Assembly (NCBI GenBank): GCA_037445735.1
Contig: JBBIJY010000004.1
Span: 1-64,000 of the forward strand
Direction: 5' to 3'
Length of the DNA stretch: 64,000 nucleotides
Source: Armatimonadota bacterium
GTDB taxonomy: Bacteria; Armatimonadota; Fimbriimonadia; Fimbriimonadales; GBS-DC
Shown here piece after piece: positions 58,569 to 64,000 of the stretch (positions within the stretch are counted from its first letter, which is position 1; each line of letters begins with the position of its first letter). The notes below the pieces were generated by a model. The model did no database searches. It was not told where the DNA came from and was given only the letters and a program-made list of their open reading frames with translations. A program made the position numbers and the translations under genes.

Positions 58569-59254
58569 CGGGCGTCACCTCCGCGTCGACCGCAGGCGAG
58601 CTGTTCCGCGCGCGACTCCAGCGCATTAATTGCTGCCTCCACCACCTCGGCGAGCTGGGAGAAAGCATCTTTATCGGCGTCAGGCGGCACATGGATGGGT
58701 TCCCCAATCAAAAACACGGCGCGGGCGAACGGCAGGGGGATCAGATAGCGATCCCATGTGGGCAGCAGAATGCGCGGGCATGCGGAGATGCCGGCGGGGT
58801 AGATGGGCACGCCCGCCTTCTGGGCAATCAGCAGGGCGCCAGGTTGACATTTGCGACTTGGACCGCGCGGTCCGTCGGGTGTGAAGGCGAGAATCCCGCC
58901 TGCCTGCACCACGCGCGCCGCCTCCAGCGCCGCCCGCAAGCCGCCCCGACTGGTCGAACCGCGCAGAATCTGGAAGCCGAACCGCCGAAAAATCTCCGCC
59001 TGAACCTCGCCATCCCGTGAGAGCGAGATGATAGTCCAGAAGCCTTTATCTTTCATATAGTTGGCGGGTATGAAGGTGCGCCCGTGCCAGGTGACCATCA
59101 CAGCGCCTGTGCCCTCGCGCAGGTGGCGTTCAATCGGTTCCCAGCCCTCCACATGGAGGCGCAGGGTTGTGCCGATACTGCGTGCCAGAGCATAGATCAG
59201 TCGTCCCAGCCGTCTGGCTCGCCGCCGATTGGGTTCCGATGGCTGTTGCTCCAC
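58565..59254 (-). CDS. DUF374 / lysophospholipid acyltransferase family protein
   Basis: TWHG, SLSRDGE, RGSTSRGG, TPDGPRGP, WDRYLIPLPF. Confidence 0.9.
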   Translation of the reverse strand: MEQQPSEPNRRRARRLGRLIYALARSIGTTLRLHVEGWEPIERHLREGTGAVMVTWHGRTFIPANYMKDKGFWTIISLSRDGEVQAEIFRRFGFQILRGSTSRGGLRAALEAARVVQAGGILAFTPDGPRGPSRKCQPGALLIAQKAGVPIYPAGISACPRILLPTWDRYLIPLPFARAVFLIGEPIHVPPDADKDAFSQLAEVVEAAINALESRAEQLACGRRGGDAR

Positions 59255-59262
59255 GCTTCCGA

Positions 59263-59859
59263 TTATACCGCGCTACCCTCTTCGGGCAGGCGCACCACCA
59301 TGCGTTTGCCAGGCACATCCACCTGCAGGATGAACTGGCGATGCGCGGGGATCAGATGGCGCCCGACCTCGTAGAAGTCGTAGGCGGCGCCTGCAATCAC
59401 ACGCTTCAGGATGCCCAGTCGTTCGCCCGATTCGGTGTAGACCGTCATGCCGATGAGGTCGTCCAAGTAGTACTCATCGTCGGGCAGGGGCATGCGCTCT
59501 TCGGGCGGGATCATCAGTCGTGCGCCGTGCAGCCGCTCGGCGTCCTCTCTCGTGTCGATGCCTTCGAGTTTGACAATCAGCCACTGCCCGTGCCAGCGTA
59601 CCGATTCGACGAAGCATTCCTGGGGTTGCATTGTGCGCGGGGGGCGCTTGCTGCGCGAGGGGTTTGTGGGCGTTTCATCGGGCGCAAGTGGCGGTTCAGG
59701 TGGGCGCCACCAGTAGAGGCGCGCACCCACGCGAAACCGCTCTTGCGGGAAAGCGGTCTCCGGTCGCACCTTCAACTCGCCCCGTATGCCGAACGGTCGC
59801 ACGATAATGCCGACCGTGACCCAGCGCCTGACTATCTTGGGCACATGGCGTTCGGGCAT
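59263..59859 (-). CDS. rimM: Ribosome maturation factor RimM
   Basis: VGIIVRPFGIRGELKV, EYYLDDLIG, LIPA; lies in the rpsP-khpA cluster. Confidence 0.92.
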   Translation of the reverse strand: MPERHVPKIVRRWVTVGIIVRPFGIRGELKVRPETAFPQERFRVGARLYWWRPPEPPLAPDETPTNPSRSKRPPRTMQPQECFVESVRWHGQWLIVKLEGIDTREDAERLHGARLMIPPEERMPLPDDEYYLDDLIGMTVYTESGERLGILKRVIAGAAYDFYEVGRHLIPAHRQFILQVDVPGKRMVVRLPEEGSAV

Positions 59860-59862
59860 AGG

Positions 59863-60135
59863 CTACGCTTCGGGTTCATTCTCCGATGCTGGCGTGCCTT
59901 CATCCGTAATGACCAGAATCTGCACGCGCACGCGGTTCTTGCTGCCGACCGCCTGACCGACGGTGCGCAGGGCGTTGATGATGCGCCCGTTCTTGCCGAT
60001 CACACGCCCGCGGTCCGATTCGGCGACCCGAATGCGATAGCGCAGCAGTGAACCGTTGCGCTCCTCCTCGATCTGGATCGAGTTCTGGTCATCGACCAGT
60101 GCCCGCACCGAGGCTTCCAGGAACTCTCTGAGCAT
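59863..60135 (-). CDS. khpA: KH-domain RNA-binding protein KhpA
   Basis: DRGRVIGKNGRIINALRT; between rpsP and rimM. Confidence 0.92.
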   Translation of the reverse strand: MLREFLEASVRALVDDQNSIQIEEERNGSLLRYRIRVAESDRGRVIGKNGRIINALRTVGQAVGSKNRVRVQILVITDEGTPASENEPEA

Positions 60136-60164
60136 GGTTTATCCCCTTCCTTAAGGTGTGTGGT

Positions 60165-60455
60165 TCAGGAGGTCGGGCTCGTTTCGGATTGAGTCCCTTC
60201 CCGCCCTGAAAACTTTTGCCAGACGCCTGTCAGGGTCAGCAGGCGCTGCACGGTCTCCGTCGGCTGCGCTCCGACACGCAGCCAGTACAGCACGCGCTCC
60301 TCGTCGAGTTGAATCTGCGCCGGGTTCGGCAGCGGGTTATAGTACCCGACGACCTCCACGCACCGGCCCGAGCGCGGGTTCTGGCTCGGCGCCACCACAA
60401 CCCTGTAAAACGGCTTCTTCTTTTTGCCCATGCGCATCAATCGTATCCTTAACAT
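60165..60455 (-). CDS. rpsP: 30S ribosomal protein S16
   Basis: IRLMRMGKKKKPFYRVVV, GYYNP, WLRVGAQPT. Confidence 0.97.
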   Translation of the reverse strand: MLRIRLMRMGKKKKPFYRVVVAPSQNPRSGRCVEVVGYYNPLPNPAQIQLDEERVLYWLRVGAQPTETVQRLLTLTGVWQKFSGREGTQSETSPTS

Positions 60456-60557
60456 TCGCGATGCCTCCGTTCTCTCCTGCTCTCAGGCGAGATATTATAC
60501 CCCATTCCCACCGGCGATGGTGTGGGGGTATAATCCTCTCCAGTTGAGGAGCAGAGG

Positions 60558-62072
60558 ATGGCAGATCCACAGAAGGTATATCGGCAGCTGGAGGTGTGGT
60601 CGCGGGAGACCGCGCTGTTGAGTTCAGCGATAGGCGTGCTGGGCTGGGATCAGCGCGTGATGATGCCGCCCCGTGTTGCCCCGCACCGCGCGAACCAGAT
60701 CGCGCTGCTGGCGGGTATGGTTCATCAGCGGTTGACCGACCCGCGCATCGGCGAGTGGCTCGCCACGCTCGAAAAGAGCGATCTCGTCGCTGATCCCGAA
60801 AGCGTCGAGGCGGTCAACATCCGTCAGTGGCGGCGCACTTACGACCGCATGACCAGGCTGCCCCACAAGCTGGTGGTGGAGTTCGCGCGCATCACCTCGC
60901 TGGCGGAAAAGGCATGGGAGGAGGCACGCGCTCAGTCGAACTACGCGCTGTTCAAGCCCTATCTGGAGCAGATTGTTCAGCTCAGCCGCGAAATCGCCGA
61001 GCGATTGGGCTACGAATCGGAGCCGTACGACGCCCTGCTGGACGAATATGAGCAGGGTATGACGGCGCAGCAGGTGGAGCGCCTGTTTACGCCGTTGCGC
61101 GAGCGCACGCCGGAGCTGATTCAGCGCCTGCAGAGCGCACCGCGCCAGCCCAACAGCGCGATCCTGCACCGCCACTACCCCCGACCTCAGCAGGAAGCGT
61201 TCTGCCGTCTGATCGCCGAGCAGCTCACCTTCGACTGGCAGAGCGGGCGGTTGGACCCCACCGTGCATCCGTTTGCTACACGGCTTGGTCCGGGTGATGT
61301 GCGCATCACCACCCGCTACTACGAGGATTTCCTCTGCCCCGCGCTGTTCGGCACAATCCACGAGCTGGGGCACGCCCTCTATGAGCTGGGACTGCCCGAA
61401 GAGCATTTCGGCACGCCGATGGGCGAATCGGTCTCGCTCGGTGTCCATGAATCGCAATCGCGCATGTGGGAGAACTTCGTGGGGCGTAGCCGCGCCTTCT
61501 GGGAACATTTCTACCCCATCGCCCAGCAGTATTTCACCGCGCTGCAGGATGTGAGCCTCGACGAGTTCGTGTTCGCCATCAACGAGGTCAAGCCGTCGCC
61601 CATCCGTGTGGAAGCGGACGAGGTGACCTACAACCTGCATATCCTGCTGCGCTTCGAGCTGGAGCTGGCGCTGATGCGGGGTCAGTTGCAGGTGGATGAC
61701 CTGCCTGATGCATGGAACGAGCGGTTCGAGTCGTATCTGGGCTTCCGCCCTGCGAACGATGCCGAAGGCGTGCTGCAGGATGTCCACTGGTCGGGCGGGT
61801 TAATCGGCTACTTTCCGACCTACACGCTGGGCAATCTGTACGCGGCGCAGCTGTTCGAGGCGGCGGCGCGCGATCTGGGCGATTTGCCCGCGATGTTCCG
61901 CAAGGGCGAGTTCGTGCCCCTGCTGGAATGGCTGCGCGAAAAGGTGCATCGGCAGGGCAAGCGCTACGCGCCAGCCGACCTGATCCAGCGTATCACGGGT
62001 CAGCCGCCCAGCGCCGAGCCGCTCCTGCGCTACTTCGAACACAAGTTCAACGAACTCTATTTCGCGAGTTGA
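60558..62072 (+). CDS. M32 family thermostable carboxypeptidase
   Basis: WDQ, HPF, DVRITTR, HELGH, HESQ, IRVEADE, QDVHW, GYFPTY. Confidence 0.96.
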   Translation: MADPQKVYRQLEVWSRETALLSSAIGVLGWDQRVMMPPRVAPHRANQIALLAGMVHQRLTDPRIGEWLATLEKSDLVADPESVEAVNIRQWRRTYDRMTRLPHKLVVEFARITSLAEKAWEEARAQSNYALFKPYLEQIVQLSREIAERLGYESEPYDALLDEYEQGMTAQQVERLFTPLRERTPELIQRLQSAPRQPNSAILHRHYPRPQQEAFCRLIAEQLTFDWQSGRLDPTVHPFATRLGPGDVRITTRYYEDFLCPALFGTIHELGHALYELGLPEEHFGTPMGESVSLGVHESQSRMWENFVGRSRAFWEHFYPIAQQYFTALQDVSLDEFVFAINEVKPSPIRVEADEVTYNLHILLRFELELALMRGQLQVDDLPDAWNERFESYLGFRPANDAEGVLQDVHWSGGLIGYFPTYTLGNLYAAQLFEAAARDLGDLPAMFRKGEFVPLLEWLREKVHRQGKRYAPADLIQRITGQPPSAEPLLRYFEHKFNELYFAS

Positions 62073-62102
62073 GGCGGTTGCTTGAGAAGCGAGACATGGC
62101 TG

Positions 62103-62987
62103 GTGAATCTGGACGCCTATCTCCAGCCGCGCCTGCAGGCGATTGAGCGGGCGCTGGACGAGTGGCTACCCGCGTCTGGCGAGCGCCCGCGCATCCTGCC
62201 AGAAGCGATGCGCTACATGACGCTGGATGGGGGCAAGCGGCTGCGCCCGATTCTGTGCATCGCGGCGGCGGAGGCGGTCGGCGGCACGCTCGCACAGGTT
62301 CTGCCCACCGCCTGCGCCCTTGAACTCATTCACACCTTCAGTCTCATTCACGACGACCTGCCCGCGCTGGACAACGACACCCTGCGGCGCGGCAAGCCCA
62401 CCTGCCATGTGCAGTTCGGCGAGGCGATGGCGATTCTAACAGGCGACGCGCTGTTCGCCCACGCCTTCGGTCTGATCGCCCGTCAGGCGGAGATCAGTCC
62501 GCCCGAACGGGTGGTGCGCGTGCTCAAACTGATTGCCGATGCGGTTGGCGTGGACGGCATGGTGGGCGGGCAGGTGGAAGATATTCTTTCTGAAGGGGAG
62601 CCAGTAACCCCGGCACAGCTCGCCTATATCCATTCGTGCAAGACGGGCGCGCTCATTCGCGCGGCGGTGCTTTCGGGCGCGATCCTCTGTGGCGCCGATG
62701 CGGACGCCGAGCGCGCGCTGGACGCCTACAGCCGTGCGCTGGGGCTGGCGTTCCAGATTGTGGACGATATTCTGAACGAGACGGGCGACCCCGCACGACT
62801 GGGCAAGGCGACGGGCACCGACAGGTCGCGCCAGAAGGCGACCTATCCGCGCCTGTACGGGCTGGACGCCGCTCGCCAGCGCGCCCAGCAGGAACTACAA
62901 ACCGCCCTCGATGCCCTCCAGCCTTTCCGCACCGAAGCAGACCCCCTTCGCTGGTTAGCTCACTATGTCATCACCCGCGAACGATAG
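62103..62987 (+). CDS. ispA: Polyprenyl (FPP/GGPP) synthase
   Basis: GGKRLRP, SLIHDDLPALDND..RRGK, KTGAL, FQIVDDIL; start uncertain (62082-62103). Confidence 0.9.
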   Translation: MNLDAYLQPRLQAIERALDEWLPASGERPRILPEAMRYMTLDGGKRLRPILCIAAAEAVGGTLAQVLPTACALELIHTFSLIHDDLPALDNDTLRRGKPTCHVQFGEAMAILTGDALFAHAFGLIARQAEISPPERVVRVLKLIADAVGVDGMVGGQVEDILSEGEPVTPAQLAYIHSCKTGALIRAAVLSGAILCGADADAERALDAYSRALGLAFQIVDDILNETGDPARLGKATGTDRSRQKATYPRLYGLDAARQRAQQELQTALDALQPFRTEADPLRWLAHYVITRER

Positions 62988-63034
62988 CGTGATCCTGAGC
63001 AGGCAGGTCCCTAATCAGGTAAAATAGCCCGCGT

Positions 63035-64000
63035 ATGCAGGAGCCGCTGCACCCGATTGAAGAGGAGAACCAGCTGGTTCAGGTCCGACTGGAGAAGCTC
63101 CAGCAGCTGCGCGCGCAGGGGCTGGACCCCTTCGCCATCGAACGCTACCCCATCACGCACACCCTCCAGCAGGTGCATGAGCAGTACGAGCCGCTGGAGG
63201 GTCAGACGGTGGTCGTCGCGGGGCGAATCTTCTCTATTCGCCCGATGGGACGCGCCACCTTCGCCCACCTGATGGACAGCACGGGCAAACTGCAAATCTA
63301 TCTCAAAGCCGATGAGCTGGGCGAGCGCTATGCGCTGATCGACCTGTGGGATATCGGCGACTATCTGGGCGTGAAAGGCGTCGTGTTCAAAACGCGCACG
63401 GGCGAAATCACCGTGCATGTGCAGGAGTTCGCTCTGCTGGCGAAGGCGATTCGACCTGTGCCGTTCCCCAAAGAGAAGGGCGAGCAGCGCTGGTACGGTC
63501 TGCACGATGTGGAGCTGCGCCATCGCCAGCGCTATCTGGACCTGCTGGTGAACCCCGATTCGCGACGGCGATTGATTGCCCGCTGCCGCATGGTGTCCGC
63601 CATTCGCCGATTTCTGGAGGCGGAGGGCTTTCTGGAGGTGGAGACGCCCGTGCTTCAGCCGCTGGCGGGCGGTGCGGCGGCACGCCCCTTCATCACCTAT
63701 CACAACGCGCTGGATCGCACCTTCCAGCTGCGAATCGCGCTCGAACTCCATCTCAAGCGGCTGCTAATTGGCGGCATCGATAAGGTGTTCGAGATCGGGC
63801 GCGTGTTCCGCAACGAGGGCATCTCCACCCGCCATAACCCCGAGTTCACCATGCTGGAACTCTATCAGGCGTACGCCAACCTGGAAGACATCATGGCGCT
63901 GGTGGAGCGGCTCTTTCGGCATGTGGCGCAGACGGTGTTCGGCACGACCGTGTTTGAACGGGAGGGCGTGCAGGTCGACTTCAGCCAGCCGTGGCGGCGC
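63035..64000 (+). CDS. lysS: Lysine--tRNA ligase (class II), truncated by the window end
   Basis: Translated by hand from ATG 63035: RLEKLQQLR..HRQRYLDL..FLEVETP..GGAAARPF..LRIALELHLKRL..FRNEG..HNPEFTMLE. Confidence 0.96.
   Translation, partial: MQEPLHPIEEENQLVQVRLEKLQQLRAQGLDPFAIERYPITHTLQQVHEQYEPLEGQTVVVAGRIFSIRPMGRATFAHLMDSTGKLQIYLKADELGERYALIDLWDIGDYLGVKGVVFKTRTGEITVHVQEFALLAKAIRPVPFPKEKGEQRWYGLHDVELRHRQRYLDLLVNPDSRRRLIARCRMVSAIRRFLEAEGFLEVETPVLQPLAGGAAARPFITYHNALDRTFQLRIALELHLKRLLIGGIDKVFEIGRVFRNEGISTRHNPEFTMLELYQAYANLEDIMALVERLFRHVAQTVFGTTVFEREGVQVDFSQPWRR

Noticed and set aside
63011-63751. 246-aa minus-strand ORF
   Set aside because: It is antisense to lysS, which the ORF track misses because it runs off the window end.

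Overview
High-GC bacterial chromosomal window, by inference from an Armatimonadota (Fimbriimonadales-like) organism: it has PEP-CTERM, Kdo transferase and paired 'GCVDDADLL' dockerin-like C-terminal modules. Most of it is scrambled housekeeping genes (ftsK, guaA, hpt, thiC, scpB, nusA, ylxR, dnaE, NAD kinase, iscS, gatCA, tpiA, carB, waaA, rimM, khpA, rpsP, ispA, partial lysS). It also holds a TPP riboswitch, a PyrR-binding site over the carB RBS, a lower-GC type II R-M pair, an orphan BglII/BstYI-like nuclease and many CCCTCACCC/CCCTCTCCC REP-like palindrome arrays. Four observations stand out. (1) Upstream of a Ro60/TROVE gene is a ~180-nt Y-RNA-like RNA in which two duplicated Ro-site-like units cross-pair into one pseudo-two-fold rod closed by a tRNA-like T arm and acceptor-like stem. 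(2) An apparently orphan HEARO/omegaRNA-like RNA is capped by a REP array. (3) REP arrays are inserted in frame in carB and at least one other gene. (4) There is a bacterial presenilin/SPP-like GxGD protease candidate. All calls were made by eye, without database searches or folding software.
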